Below are positions 50,165 through 61,500 of a stretch of 64,000 nt of DNA, in pieces. Made by a program: the position numbers and the translations under genes. This stretch comes from Acidobacteriota bacterium (GTDB lineage: Bacteria > Acidobacteriota > Vicinamibacteria > Vicinamibacterales > UBA2999): the NCBI GenBank assembly GCA_009694735.1, contig SHUG01000003.1, positions 19,840 to 83,839 of the forward strand. The letters are read 5' to 3'. The notes beneath the pieces are model-generated. The model was not told the origin of the DNA, made no database searches, and saw only the letters and a list, made by a program, of their open reading frames with translations. Within the stretch, counting starts at the first letter, position 1; each line of letters starts with the position of its first letter.

Positions 50165-50344
50165 CGCCAGGTCCACGCCCCTGGCGCGCATGACCGCAAC
50201 CGCCTCGGGATGAACGCAATCGGCCGGCTGCGTGCCAGCGGAAATGGCGCGAGCCTTCGTCGGGTCGGCGCGGCGATTAAACAGGGCAGCGGCGATCTGG
50301 GAGCGGCCGGCGTTGTGCACGCACGCGAACAGGACGGTAATCAC
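50165..50344 (-). pseudogene. arsC: Arsenate reductase (LMW-PTP type), 3'-truncated
   Basis: VLFACVHNAGRSQ, SAGT; breaks off after ~60 codons. Confidence 0.8.
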
Positions 50345-50718
50345 GACGCCTTCCGGGCCACTTGCAACCGGCGGTCGTCGGAAACGCTCGCGGCCGTGTG
50401 GGACAAGGCGTGGAGCGCGGACGCGACGACGGTCGCCACCACCGGGTTGGCGATCGGCGTCAGGCGATAGTGCATCCAGATGCCTTCGCGACGGGCATCC
50501 ACCAGGCCCGCCTTCCGCAGATAGGCCAGGTGCCGCGACGCCGCCGGCTGCGGCACGTCGAGGCTGGCGTGAATGTGGCAGACGCAGATCTCGCCGTCGC
50601 GCAGCAGCGCCAATATTCGCAGGCGGGTGGCGTCGGCCAAGGCTGCATAGACGCCGGTGAGCGCGTGCAGGTCCTTGATCGGCCGCGTCGGCAGGGCCGA
50701 GCAACAGGGTCTTGACAT
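50341..50718 (-). CDS. arsR: ArsR/SmtB repressor
   Basis: ALADATRLRIL, EICVCHI, SRHLAYL. Confidence 0.9.
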   Translation of the reverse strand: MSRPCCSALPTRPIKDLHALTGVYAALADATRLRILALLRDGEICVCHIHASLDVPQPAASRHLAYLRKAGLVDARREGIWMHYRLTPIANPVVATVVASALHALSHTAASVSDDRRLQVARKAS

Positions 50719-50780
50719 ATGCGTTAGGCCGAATATAACTTGCCGGTAATACATTCGCCTACGTGAATATAAGGAGTGAG

Positions 50781-51629
50781 ATGGACGTTAAAGAGATCGT
50801 CAAGGAAAAGTACGGCCAGGCGGCGACCCGTGCGGCCGCGGGGCAGACCAGTGCCGGTTGCGGGGCCACCGACGGCGGTTGCTGCGATCCGATCACCTCA
50901 AATCTCTACGATCTCGAGCAGATCGGTTCACTGCCCGCGGCGGCGGTGGTCGCGTCGCTCGGGTGCGGCAACCCAACCGCCCTCGCTGAACTGCGGGAAG
51001 GTGAGGTGGTCCTGGACCTGGGCTCGGGCGGCGGTATCGACGTGCTGCTGTCGGCCCGCCGCGTCGGGCCAACCGGCAAGGCCTACGGACTGGACATGAC
51101 TGACGAAATGCTGGCACTGGCGCGCAGCAATCAGGCCAAGTCTGGCGTCACCAACGCGGAGTTTCTACGCGGCGAAATCGAGCACATCCCGCTGCCCGAC
51201 AACACGGTTGACGTGATCATCTCGAACTGCGTGATCAACCTGTCAGCCGACAAAGATGCGGTCATGCGTGAAGCCTTCCGCGTCTTGAAGCCCGGCGGCC
51301 GCTTCGCCGTTTCCGACGTCGTCGTCCGGGGGCACGACGTTCCGGCCGAGGTGCGGCGCAGCATGGAGCTCTGGATCGGATGCATCGCCGGTGCGCTCGA
51401 GGAGAGCGACTATCGCAGCAAGCTCGCGGCGGCGGGCTTCGAGCAGGTGGACGTGGAGCCCACCCGCATCTACAAGGTCGAGGATGCGAAGGCGTTTCTC
51501 GAGAGTGCTGGTCCCGGGCTTGCGCAGTTCGCCGAGACGGTCGACGGCAAGTTCATGAGCGCCTTCGTGCGCGCGACGAAGCCGGGCCGCGCGGCCAAGG
51601 CCTGCTGCGGGCCACGCTGCTGCCAGTGA
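50781..51629 (+). CDS. arsM: Arsenite S-adenosylmethionine methyltransferase
   Basis: [33 protein letters not shown]; Cys-rich termini. Confidence 0.92.
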   Translation: MDVKEIVKEKYGQAATRAAAGQTSAGCGATDGGCCDPITSNLYDLEQIGSLPAAAVVASLGCGNPTALAELREGEVVLDLGSGGGIDVLLSARRVGPTGKAYGLDMTDEMLALARSNQAKSGVTNAEFLRGEIEHIPLPDNTVDVIISNCVINLSADKDAVMREAFRVLKPGGRFAVSDVVVRGHDVPAEVRRSMELWIGCIAGALEESDYRSKLAAAGFEQVDVEPTRIYKVEDAKAFLESAGPGLAQFAETVDGKFMSAFVRATKPGRAAKACCGPRCCQ

Positions 51630-51766
51630 CAGGCCGGAGATCGGGGATCGGGCGGCCTGAAAGAACCTGGCGGCACCGCAGATAATGCGGTCGCCGGCGG
51701 CGCCGCCCGGATCAGGGCCCGCTGACCCCTGATCCCCGATCCCTGATCCCCGATCCCGGTCTGGAA

Positions 51767-52207
51767 CTACGGCGCGACCGTCACGTTGATGACTTCGCAC
51801 ATGCCGGGCAGCGTGCGGTGCATGTCATCACCGGCCTGCACCGCCAGCCGGTGTGGACCGGGCGTGAGCGACATCTCGATCACCTTCTTCCCATCGCCGA
51901 AATGAATCCACGGATCGGCCTTCGGGATGACCACGCCGTCGCCAAGACAGTCGGTGTCCAGGCCAAGGTGATAGTGGATCATGCCGGCTCGAACCTGTTC
52001 GGGCGTGAGCACCCCGGGTGGAACGGCGGCGACGGTGGCGCCGGTGCTGCCGAACTCGATGCTCGACATCGGCTTGATCGTGTCGCCGGTCTTCGGTGAC
52101 ACGAAGAACACCTTCCCGGCGGCTGGCGGCGCTTCAGCACCGCCGCAGGCGGCCAGAGCAAGCGTCCAGGCACCCAGCACGACAGTCTTCACAATACGGT
52201 TCCTCAT
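51767..52207 (-). CDS. DUF4399-like lipoprotein
   Basis: LAAC lipobox, VFFVSP, HYHL, IHFGDG, GPHRL. Confidence 0.7.
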   Translation of the reverse strand: MRNRIVKTVVLGAWTLALAACGGAEAPPAAGKVFFVSPKTGDTIKPMSSIEFGSTGATVAAVPPGVLTPEQVRAGMIHYHLGLDTDCLGDGVVIPKADPWIHFGDGKKVIEMSLTPGPHRLAVQAGDDMHRTLPGMCEVINVTVAP

Positions 52208-52283
52208 TACGACTCCTTTTCAGCTGACGAGCAACTCGCTGGGATTATATGCTGCTTGCGCCCCACTGAATCCATTGGATACG

Positions 52284-54009
52284 ATGGCGGCTACGTTGCT
52301 GCGCAAGTATCTGTTGTCGACCGACCACAAGGTCATTGGCCTGTAGTACGGTTTCACAAGCCTGTTCTTCCTGCTGGTGGGGTTTGTGCTCGTCCTGATC
52401 ATCCGGTGGCAGCACGCGTACGCCGGTCAACCCCTGCCGATCATCGGCGGGTGGCTGGGCGGCAACGCGCCCGGCGGCATTCTCCTCCCTGAGTTCTACA
52501 ACCAGCTCGGCGCGATGCACGGCACCATCATGGTGTTTCTCGGCGTGGTGCCGCTCGCGGTTGGCGCGTTCGGCAATTACGTGCTTCCGCTGCAGATTGG
52601 CGCGCCCGACATGGCGTTTCCCCGCCTGAACCTGCTGAGCTATTGGTTCTACCTCGCCGGCGGCCTGGTGATGTTGGCCAGCTTCTTCACGCCGGGCGGC
52701 GCGGCCGGGTCTGGATGGACCTCGTACGCACCGCTGTCAGTGGTGGCGATTGACGGCCAGACGTGGTGGCTGGCGGGCATGCTCCTGATCATCATGTCGT
52801 CGCTGCTCGGGGCGCTGAACTTCATCACGACGATTGTGCAGCTCCGGGCGCCCGGGCTGACCTGGTTCCGCCTGCCGTTCTTCGTCTGGGCGCAGTTTGT
52901 GACGGCGTTCCTGCTGCTGCTCGCGTTTCCGGCGCTGCAGGCGGCGGCGCTCCTGCAGGGGATGGATCGTCTCGCGGGCACGAGCTTTTTCATGCCGAGT
53001 GGGCTGGTGGTGAGCGGGCAGCCGCTGGAACGCGCGGGCGAGGGTAGCGCGCTGCTCTGGCAGCACCTGTTCTGGTTTCTAGCCCACCCCGAAGTGTACG
53101 TGCTGGTCTTGCCCGCCCTGGGCATCATCGCCGAAATCATCGCCAACAACACGCGCAAGCCGCTCTGGGGCTACCGGCTGATGGTCTATTCGCTGTTCGT
53201 GCTGGGTTTCCTGTCGTTCATGGTCTGGGCCCACCACATGTTTCTGACGGGCATGGGGACGACGATCAGCGCCTTCTTCCAGGCGACGACGATGATCATC
53301 TCGATTCCGTCGGTGGTCGTGCTGAGTGCGCTCATCTTGTCTCTCTACGGCGGGTCGATCCGTTTCAACACCCCATGCTCTTCGCGCTGGCCTTTCTCCC
53401 AATGTTCGGGATCGGCGGGCTGACCGGTCTGCCGCTGGGGCTGGCGACGACCGATATCCCGCTCCACGACACGAACTACGTGATCGCGCACTTCCACTAC
53501 CTGGTGGCGCCGGGGACGATCTTCGCCCTGTTTGCGGGGATCTATTACTGGTTCCCCAAAATCACCGGCCGCCTCATGAACGAGACCCTGGGGAAGATTC
53601 ACTTCTTCGGGTCGCTCGTCGCCATGAACGTGATCTTCATGCCGATGTTCGTGCAGGGCTTGGCGGGCGTGAACCGTCGCCTGTGGGACGGCGGCGCGCT
53701 GTACACCCACGCGCAGGAGACGCTGTATCTGAACGTGCCCATGGCGTATGCCGCAGTGGCGCTCGCGCTCTTTCAGATCCCCTTCATCATCAACCTGGTG
53801 TGGGCGCCCCGGTTCGGGCGCGTCGCGGGCGCGAATCCCTGGGAGGCGACGACGCTCGAGTGGGCCACGCCGACGCCCCCCATCCTCACGGCAACTTCGA
53901 CACGCCACCGCGGGTCGTTCGCGGTCCGTACGAGTACAGCGTGCCGGGCGCCGCCGCGGATTTTCTGCCGCAGGGCGCAGGCACCGACGAGACGCGCGCA
54001 GGCACGTGA
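52284..54009 (+). pseudogene. ctaD: Cytochrome c oxidase subunit I, disrupted
   Basis: STDHKVIG then TAG (52344); MHGTIM, HPEVY, WAHH, AHFHY; frameshifts near 53372 and 53880. Confidence 0.85.
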
Positions 54010-54599
54010 TGGACCTTCCGTACACCACGGAGATTCGGCCGGACACCGGGTTGACGAGCCCCACGCTCGGGATCTGGCTGTTTCTCGCCTCGGAGGTGAT
54101 GCTGTTCGGGTCGCTCTTCGCCTCGTACGTGCTGTTGCGCGTGGGCGCGTCGACGTGGCCGGATCAATCGTCGGTGCTGAGTGTGCCGCTGGCGACGCTG
54201 AACACCGTGATCCTCATCGCCTCATCGGTCACGATGGTACTCGCATGGGCGTCCCTCAAGAAGCGCAGCCTGCCGGCGTTTCGTCTCTACATGGGGCTCA
54301 CGCTGCTCGCCGGCGCGCTCTTCCTGGTGGTGAAGGCGTTCGAATACGGCGACAAGTTCTCGCACGGGCTGGTCCCGGCAACCAACAACTTCCTGGGTCT
54401 GTATTTCACGCTGACGGGACTGCATGCGGTTCACGTGCTGGCGGGCATGGTGGTCAACGCCTACCTGTGGCTGCCGGGCGCGCGCATGTGGCGGTCCGAT
54501 CCGGCGCGCTTCACACACCGCGTGGAGATTGCCGGCGTCTACTGGCACTTCGTCGATCTGGTCTGGATCTTCATCTTCCCGGTGTTGTACTTATTGTGA
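54009..54599 (+). CDS. ctaE: Cytochrome c oxidase subunit III
   Basis: GIWLFLASEVMLFG, TGLHAVHV, YWHFVDLVW. Confidence 0.9.
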   Translation: MDLPYTTEIRPDTGLTSPTLGIWLFLASEVMLFGSLFASYVLLRVGASTWPDQSSVLSVPLATLNTVILIASSVTMVLAWASLKKRSLPAFRLYMGLTLLAGALFLVVKAFEYGDKFSHGLVPATNNFLGLYFTLTGLHAVHVLAGMVVNAYLWLPGARMWRSDPARFTHRVEIAGVYWHFVDLVWIFIFPVLYLL

Positions 54600-54604
54600 T
54601 GCCC

Positions 54605-54937
54605 ATGTCCGAGCATGATGGCGTGCGGGTGACACCCTACCTGGTCGCGTTCGGTGCGCTGCTCGCCCTGACGGTCGCGACGGTCGCCGTCTCGTGGCTG
54701 GCGCTGCCGGCGACGCCGGCGATGCTGCTTGGCCTCACGATCGCGACGGTCAAGGCGTCGCTGGTGGCGGTCGCGTTCATGCACATCACATCGGCGCGGG
54801 CGACGGTGTTCCTCACACTGGCCCTGACGGCCACCTTCTGCGCGGCACTCTTCGGGTTGATCCTGTGGACGGAAGCCGATCACGTGTTGGGCACGGAGTT
54901 CACCAATCCGTTTGAATCACAGGGAGGGACTCAGTGA
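54605..54937 (+). CDS. ctaF: Cytochrome c oxidase subunit IV
   Basis: LLALTVATV, KASLVAVAFMH. Confidence 0.8.
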   Translation: MSEHDGVRVTPYLVAFGALLALTVATVAVSWLALPATPAMLLGLTIATVKASLVAVAFMHITSARATVFLTLALTATFCAALFGLILWTEADHVLGTEFTNPFESQGGTQ

Positions 54938-55128
54938 TGGCGTGTCCAGTGTGCTTTGGCGGCGAGGACCCGGTCGTTCGCGAGAGCATCACGGCCGGCA
55001 TTAGCGTGCTGCTCGGGGTGACCCTCGTGGTCCTTGGGTGCTTCGCCCGCTTCTTCGTCTCACTCGCGCGCCGATCTCGAGCGGCCGCGCACCTGACGGA
55101 CGAGCGATTCGAGAAGGCGGTCGAGTGA
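54937..55128 (+). CDS. Small oxidase-associated membrane protein
   Basis: ACPVCFG plus one TM; coupled on both sides. Confidence 0.6.
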   Translation: MACPVCFGGEDPVVRESITAGISVLLGVTLVVLGCFARFFVSLARRSRAAAHLTDERFEKAVE

Positions 55129-55868
55129 TGCTGGACTGGCTCGGCCTCCCGGTGGCCGCGTCCGCCCACGCGGCGGCTGTCGACGAGGTCATGGTGCTGG
55201 TGCACTGGCTGATGCTGGTCCTGTTCGTCGGCTGGAGCGCATTCTTCGTCTTCGTGCTCGTCCGGTTCAGGCGCGGCCGGCAACCCGTGGCCGACTACCA
55301 CGGCGTACGGGCGCCTTGGGCGCCATGGCTCGAGGGCGGCGTGCTGGCCGCCGAAGTGGGCCTCCTGGTGTTCTTCTCGATCCCGATCTGGAGCGCGCGC
55401 GTCGATCGACTGCCGGCGGCGCACGAGAGCACGGTCGTCCGGGTGATAGCCGAGCAGTTCGCGTGGAACATGCACTACCCCGGAGCCGATCGGGTGTTCG
55501 GGCGCGCCGCGATCCGATTCCTGTCGCCTGATAACCCGCTGGGGCTTGACCGCCGCGACCCGGCCGGCCGAGACGACATTACGACCATTAATCGGATGAA
55601 CTTTCCGGTGGGAAAGCCGGTCCTCGTGTATCTATCCACCAAAGACGTCATTCACAGCTTCGGCTTGCCGCAAATGCGCGTGAAGCTGGATGCCACGCCC
55701 GGCCTCGTGCAGCCCGTCTGGTTCACACCCTCGATCACCGGCGAGTGGGACATTGCCTGCTCGCAACTCTGCGGTCTCGGGCATTTCCGGATGCGCGGGA
55801 TCTACGCCAGTCAGACGCAGGCCGACTTCGATGCCTGGCTGGCGAAAGAGGCGTCGTTTCTTCAGTAA
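55128..55868 (+). CDS. ctaC: Cytochrome c oxidase subunit II
   Basis: QFAW, DVIHSF, CSQLCGLGHFRM CuA motif. Confidence 0.9.
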   Translation: MLDWLGLPVAASAHAAAVDEVMVLVHWLMLVLFVGWSAFFVFVLVRFRRGRQPVADYHGVRAPWAPWLEGGVLAAEVGLLVFFSIPIWSARVDRLPAAHESTVVRVIAEQFAWNMHYPGADRVFGRAAIRFLSPDNPLGLDRRDPAGRDDITTINRMNFPVGKPVLVYLSTKDVIHSFGLPQMRVKLDATPGLVQPVWFTPSITGEWDIACSQLCGLGHFRMRGIYASQTQADFDAWLAKEASFLQ

Positions 55869-55878
55869 GGACCAACCA

Positions 55879-56667
55879 TCAGGGTGGTCCGCCCTTGAAC
55901 GTCGCGGTCATCTTCGCCGGCGCGCTGCCGTCGACCGTGATCGACTGCGACTGCGTCCCCAACTGTTCGTGCCAGACCTCGATCGTGTAGCTACCCGGCG
56001 GCAGGCCCTTGATCTCGAATCGTCCGTCCTCTCGAGTGACGGCGAAGAACGGGTGCGGTACGACGTTCGCGTACGCGTTCATCCATCCATGCACATCACA
56101 ACGAATGGGTACGCCAATTTCCGGTCGGTCAAAGACCCGCGGCACTGGCGGCACCGTCGCGGGCTGTCCGAAGTTGAACTCGCGGTTCACGCTCGGCACC
56201 GCGTGTACGTTGTGGACGAGGGCGTCGCTGTTGGAGATCTTGATGGTCTGCCCCACCTGCACGCCAACGACGTGCGGGAGGTACTGACACCCCTTCTGAT
56301 CCAGCAGCACGGGCGTCGCGGGCGTCGCGTAGGTGCGCGCGCCAAGGCCATCCTTGACGTAGACGAAGACGTTCTTCAGGCCATGGTCCGGTCCGACGAC
56401 GAGCAGCTCGGATACCGCCCCCGGCCCCGGGACGCAGAGCGGATCTGAATCCATCCGGAGCGGACGCACGGGCGGCGGCGTGCCCTCGAACGTGATGGTA
56501 CCGGCGACGATGCCGGGGCCATCAGCCGTGTCGGTCGGCGCGGCCGCTCCGCTGGCAGCGGGCGCGGCTGAGCCGGCCGGCTGGTCCGGGCCGCCTCCAC
56601 ATGCTCCCGCCAGTACGATCGCCATCGGTACGCACAGCCTGACTCGCAGTAGTGTCCATCTCGACAT
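55879..56667 (-). CDS. Lipoprotein with cupredoxin-like and carboxypeptidase-regulatory-like domains
   Basis: LAGAC, DQKGCQY, HNVH, CDVHGWM. Confidence 0.75.
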   Translation of the reverse strand: MSRWTLLRVRLCVPMAIVLAGACGGGPDQPAGSAAPAASGAAAPTDTADGPGIVAGTITFEGTPPPVRPLRMDSDPLCVPGPGAVSELLVVGPDHGLKNVFVYVKDGLGARTYATPATPVLLDQKGCQYLPHVVGVQVGQTIKISNSDALVHNVHAVPSVNREFNFGQPATVPPVPRVFDRPEIGVPIRCDVHGWMNAYANVVPHPFFAVTREDGRFEIKGLPPGSYTIEVWHEQLGTQSQSITVDGSAPAKMTATFKGGPP

Positions 56668-56736
56668 CAGTGGGTTCCTCGGATTCTACTCGCCATCATA
56701 CCGTCAAGTCCTTTGCCAGTGCTCGCGCGCGGATCG

Positions 56737-56790
56737 TTAACCCGCTTGTAACATTCTCGTCATCTTCGATTCATACCGCGCCATTAACCT
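56737..56790 (+). promoter_or_regulatory. Pho-box-like promoter of the TonB receptor pseudogene
   Basis: TTAAC/GTAAC/GTCAT/TTCAT at 56737, 56748, 56759, 56770, 10 nt, then TAACCT. Confidence 0.7.
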
Positions 56791-56859
56791 GAACCGGTGG
56801 TTGACAGGCCCACGGTTGGTCCTGGCAACGCCGTTTTAAGTCTTCAAGTTGAGGGGTGC

Positions 56860-57943
56860 ATGAGCCATCGAACCATTAGCGTCGCGGTCCTGTCGGGCTG
56901 GCTATTGACCAGTGCCGTCGTGCCGGTGTGGGCCGAACCGGCCGCCCAAACCACCACGGCGCGGAAAGTCCGCGTGACGGGCGTGGTCCGTGACGACTCC
57001 AACAACATCTCGTTGCCTGGAATCCCAGTGGAAGTTGCGGGTGGAGAGACCGTCTATACCGACGTCGATGGGCGGTATGTTCTCGACCTGGCTCCGGGCA
57101 GCCACGAACTGCGCGTGACTATGGACGGCTACGAGGCGCGTTTTATCAAGGTTGAGGTGGCCGCCGGCTCCCGCGCCATTGATGCGAATGTCGGCCTCCA
57201 GATGAGCCGCTTCGCCGAAACCGTAACGGTCACGGCGGATGTGGCGGTGAACTCGGTCACCTCATCGGCTGAATCACAGATCGCCGAGCGCAAGAACGCC
57301 GCGGTCATCACCGACAACCTGGGCTCGCAGGAGATGAAGAAGAACGCCGACTCAGACGCTGCCGCCGCGATGTCGCGCGTGACCGGTCTGTCGGTGGTCG
57401 ACAACCAGTATGTGCTCGTGCGGGGCCTCGGCGAGCGTTACAGCAACACGACGCTGGCCGGTTCGACGCTGCCGACCACCGAGCCAGACAAGAAGGTCGT
57501 CCCCCTGGACCTGTTCCCGGCGGGCCTGCTCGACAGCGTGCAGGTCATTAAGTCGTACTCGCCCGACCGCTCCGCGGAGTTTGCCGGTGGCCTGGTGCAG
57601 ATCGTCCCGCTCAAGTTCCCCAGCCGGCCGGTCGTCGACTTTTCCTACGGGCTGAATGTTCAATCCAATGCCACGGGAAAGTCGATTCCGATGAGCTCGC
57701 TGGGCAATCGTGATTGGCTCGGCTTTGACGATGGCGCGCGCGCTGCCGGCGGGTATTCCGAACAACAAGATCGTGCGCCGCGGCATTTACACCCCCGAGG
57801 TCGGCTACGGCCCTGACGAAATCACGTCCTTTGGCAAGCTGCTCGGTAATCAGTGGCGGCCGGTGGCAGCCGACGGTGCGCCGGGTCAGAACTGGGGCAT
57901 GGTGTTCGGCAACCGCTTCGGTAAGTTCGGCATCGTCGCCAGC
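56860..57943 (+). pseudogene. TonB-dependent receptor, frameshifted near 57735 and truncated
   Basis: Signal peptide; plug (VRGLGERYS, VPLDLFP, KSYSPD, FAGG); most of the barrel missing. Confidence 0.8.
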
Positions 57944-58434
57944 GCGATGCGGTCACCGGCGGCGCCGCCCGGATCGGTCTTCATGTCGTCAGCGGTGGCG
58001 TGGATCATCAGCGCGGTACCGCCGTTGGCGTAGATCGAGTTGACGCCGTCCGCCATGGTCACGTTCTTGTTGGTGATGGTGGTCTTGGCGGCGCCGTTGG
58101 CGGCGACGGTGAAGTTCATCATGTCGCCCGCGTGCGAGCCGTCGGGGCTCTGCATGCCGTGCTTTTTCGCGGCGGGATTGAAGTGCGGACCAGCGGTGGT
58201 GAAGGCGGGGCCTTCGCACTTGGCCACCGAGTGGATGTGGATCGCGTGCTCGCCGGGCGTCAGGCCCTTCACATCGAGGTCGATCGAGATGCCGCCGTCC
58301 TTGGCCGCCGAGATCATGGCCATGCCAACCGAAGCGCCCTAGGCGTCCTTTAAGTCGATGTGCTTCATGCCCTGCGCCGACAGGCCGAGCGTCACCACAG
58401 ACGAGAGCGCGATTGCTGAAAGTATCCGGGTCAT
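57943..58434 (-). pseudogene. sodC: Cu/Zn superoxide dismutase, premature TAG (58339-58341) and C-terminus lost
   Basis: HAIHIH, AGPHFNP, HAGD, IHATADD, GDRIA then no CGVI. Confidence 0.85.
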
Positions 58435-58505
58435 GTTGCTCCTCTAACGCGTCCAGCTTCGCCACCCCGGCGAGGCATCAGTCTTCATCATGGCACCCTC
58501 GCCGG

Positions 58506-58544
58506 AAAAAGAGAAGGACTCGCCCCGTGTGGGAGCGAGTCCTT
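58506..58544 (-). terminator. Intrinsic terminator after the TonB receptor
   Basis: aaggactcgc/gcgagtcctt stem followed by a T-rich run on the minus strand. Confidence 0.7.
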
Positions 58545-58562
58545 GAATGGAGGCGAGGCGAT

Positions 58563-61500
58563 TTAGAAGCTGTAGCGAATCGAGAGCTGCGTCTGTCGAG
58601 CCGTTCCCAGCCCGACCGTGCGGTTGAGCGGGCCGAGCATGTAGCCGAAGGTGCCGGCTTGTGCTTCGGTTAGTGGCACACCGGGCGTGCCGTTCGGCAG
58701 GCTCGCGGCCGGGTTCTCGTAGTTGAGATGGTTGAGAATATTGAAGATCTCCGCGCGCAACTGCAGGCTTTGCGACGTCATGAAGCGGAGGTCCTTGCTG
58801 ACCATCAGGTCCGCCTGCCAGAAGCCGGGGCCGCGCAGGAAGTTGCGCGGCAGGTTGCCGAAGGTGCCGGGCTGCGGCGTCGCGAACGCGGCCGGGTTCA
58901 ACCAGCGGACGCCGTTCTTGAGGTAAGGGTCGACACCGGCGACCAGGTCAGGACGCTGGGTGCCGCGGCTGTTACCGCCGATGATGTTTGCCACCGTGAC
59001 GCCACCGACCGTGGCGTTGTCGGGTCGGCTCTGCACCACGTTGATCGGCACGCCGCTGCGGGCGTTGACGATGGTGCCGACACGCCAGCCACCGCGCCAG
59101 AGGCCTTCACCCGGAAGCAGGTAGACCAGCGAACCGTTGAAGGTGTGTGGGATGTCCTGGGGGTTGGTGCCGTACTCGGTCTCGTAGTTGAACGTGTTCT
59201 GCGTGGTCGCCGCTTCGTTCGAACCCTGGGTGGTGCCCTTGTTGCTCGAGTATTGGTACTGCAGGCCGCCCGTGAAGCCGGCGCGGAAGCGGCGCGTGGC
59301 GCTGACCTGCAGGGCGTTGTATTCCGCGTAGCCGCAGCCCGTGATGGCCCGGCCACTGATGGTCAGGCCATTGGTGCAGCCCGAGGTCTTGTAGTCAACC
59401 TGGCCGACCGACGGCACCAGGCGCGTGCGCGTGACCGGGTCGAGCGTGTTGCCGACACCGCGCAGGAACATGTCTTTGCCCTGGCTGCCGGTGTAGCCGA
59501 CCGTCAGGTTGATTTCGCCGGGCAGCTCGCGCGAGAGGCTCACGCCGTACTGCCTGTTGTATTCATCAGGGCGCTCGTGGGTGTAGCCGCGAATCGACAG
59601 CAGGTTGCCGAAATTAATGCCGGTGAAGGGATAGGCGAGACCGTTGTTCGGCACGTCGGCGGTCTGCGCACGGCGGCGTTCGATGTAGTTCTCGATCGGC
59701 TGGATGCGGTCTTCGAACTGGCCGGGGCCGTAGAACAACCCGCAGCCGCCGCGAATCACCGTCTTGCCGTTAATCTGGTAGGCCGCCGACAGGCGCGGCG
59801 AGAAGTTGTTCTTGTCGGGATTGTAAAAATTGTTGACGTCGGTGGCGAATGCGTTGTCTTCGACGAAGAACGGCTTCGCCCGTCCTTGCGCTTCCTTGAC
59901 CACTGAGTAGTAGTCGTAGCGCAGACCGAGCTCGAGCGAGAGCTTGTCGGTCGCGCGCCACGAGTCCTGCGCAAAGCCGATGGCGTAGAACTGCTGGGGC
60001 TTGAAGTTCGGCGAGTCGAGTGCCACCTGCACCGCGGCCGGGCGGTTGTCGATGAAGTCGTTGACGCTGTTGTAGGTGATCTCGGTGCTGCCGAGGAATT
60101 GGAACGTGCCATCGATTCTACGGTACTCGCCGCCGAGCTTGACGGTGTGCGCACCGCGAGTCCAGGTCAGCGAATCGGTGAACGACAGTGAGTTGGGGTC
60201 AAACACCGACCCGATGGTCGAGGCCGCGCTGCTGGCGCGAATCAGCAGGCCGCTGCGGGCGATACCGGTGGTGCCGCGCGCATCGACGCTCGACGAAGTG
60301 ACCGTGCCCGAGAGCGACACGCCGACCGGGTCGTAGCCGGGCGTGGCGCCGAAGGCGAGAGCGCTGGTCTGTGGCTTGTTGACGCCGACCTTGAACTCAT
60401 TGATCAGGCTGGAACCGAGGATCGACTGGAAGCTCCCAACAAGGTTCCGCGGATTCTGCTTGGCGCGGACGCGGCGCGCGGTCGCCGTGCGATCCGGCGT
60501 GTCGAGGTCGCCCTTGCTGAAGAGATAACGGACGTACACCGACTGTGCGTTCGAGAAGCGATGGTCGACGCGGAACGCCGCCGTGTTCTCCTGCTGGCTG
60601 GCCTCGGTGGTGTTGGTCGCCAGCCCGAGCAGCGGGTTGGCGGTCGCCACCGTGCCACGCGGAAACCCGTTCAGTAGCGACGCCACTGCCTGGGTGCGCT
60701 CGGGGCTCTGGCCGGCGCCGCTGCCAATCGGCTCCCCGGCGAGGATACGGCGTCGCGCCTCGTCGCTTGGCACGGCTTCCGTGAAGCTCAGCCCGGTCTT
60801 TTGCTTCAGGCCTTCGTAGCTGCCGAAGAAGAAGGTCTTGTTCGAGACCAGCGGGCCTCCGAACGAACCGCCGAACTGATCCAATGTCAGTGGCTGTTTG
60901 ATGTGGTCGTATTTGTTGGCGGCATCCAGCGCATCGTCGCGCTTGTATTCAAAGATTGAGCCGCGGAACGTGTTGCTGCCCGACTTGCTGATCACGGTGA
61001 TGTTGCCGCCGGAGCCGAGGCCGCTTTCGGCGGGCGCGAGGCCGGAGTTGACGCGGAATTCGGCGACCGATTCCATCGAGGTCTGCAGGCGGAACTGCGA
61101 GCCGGTCGAGTTCAGGTAGCCGGGGCTGGCGTCCCACACATACGTGCCGTCGATGCCGTCGTAGTTCAGGTAGTTCTGCTGGTTGGACTTGCCGTTGAAG
61201 CGGACCGACGCCCAGCCGCCGTTACCATCGCTGGTCGCGCCGGTCGCGAGCGTCATCAGGTTGGCGAAGTTGCGGCCGTTGACCGGGAGGTTCTGCACCT
61301 CTTCGGGCGACACGTTCACGCCAATCTTCGCGGAGGAGAGGTCGAGCACTGGGGCATCGGCGGTCACGGTGACGTTTTCCGCAAGCGACGCGACCGCCAG
61401 TTCCAGTTCGACGCGCTCGATTTGTCCCACGCCGAGCACCACTTCGCGCGTGCGCGGTGCGAAGCCGGCCAGCTCGCTGGTCACCAGGTAGGCGCCGGGC

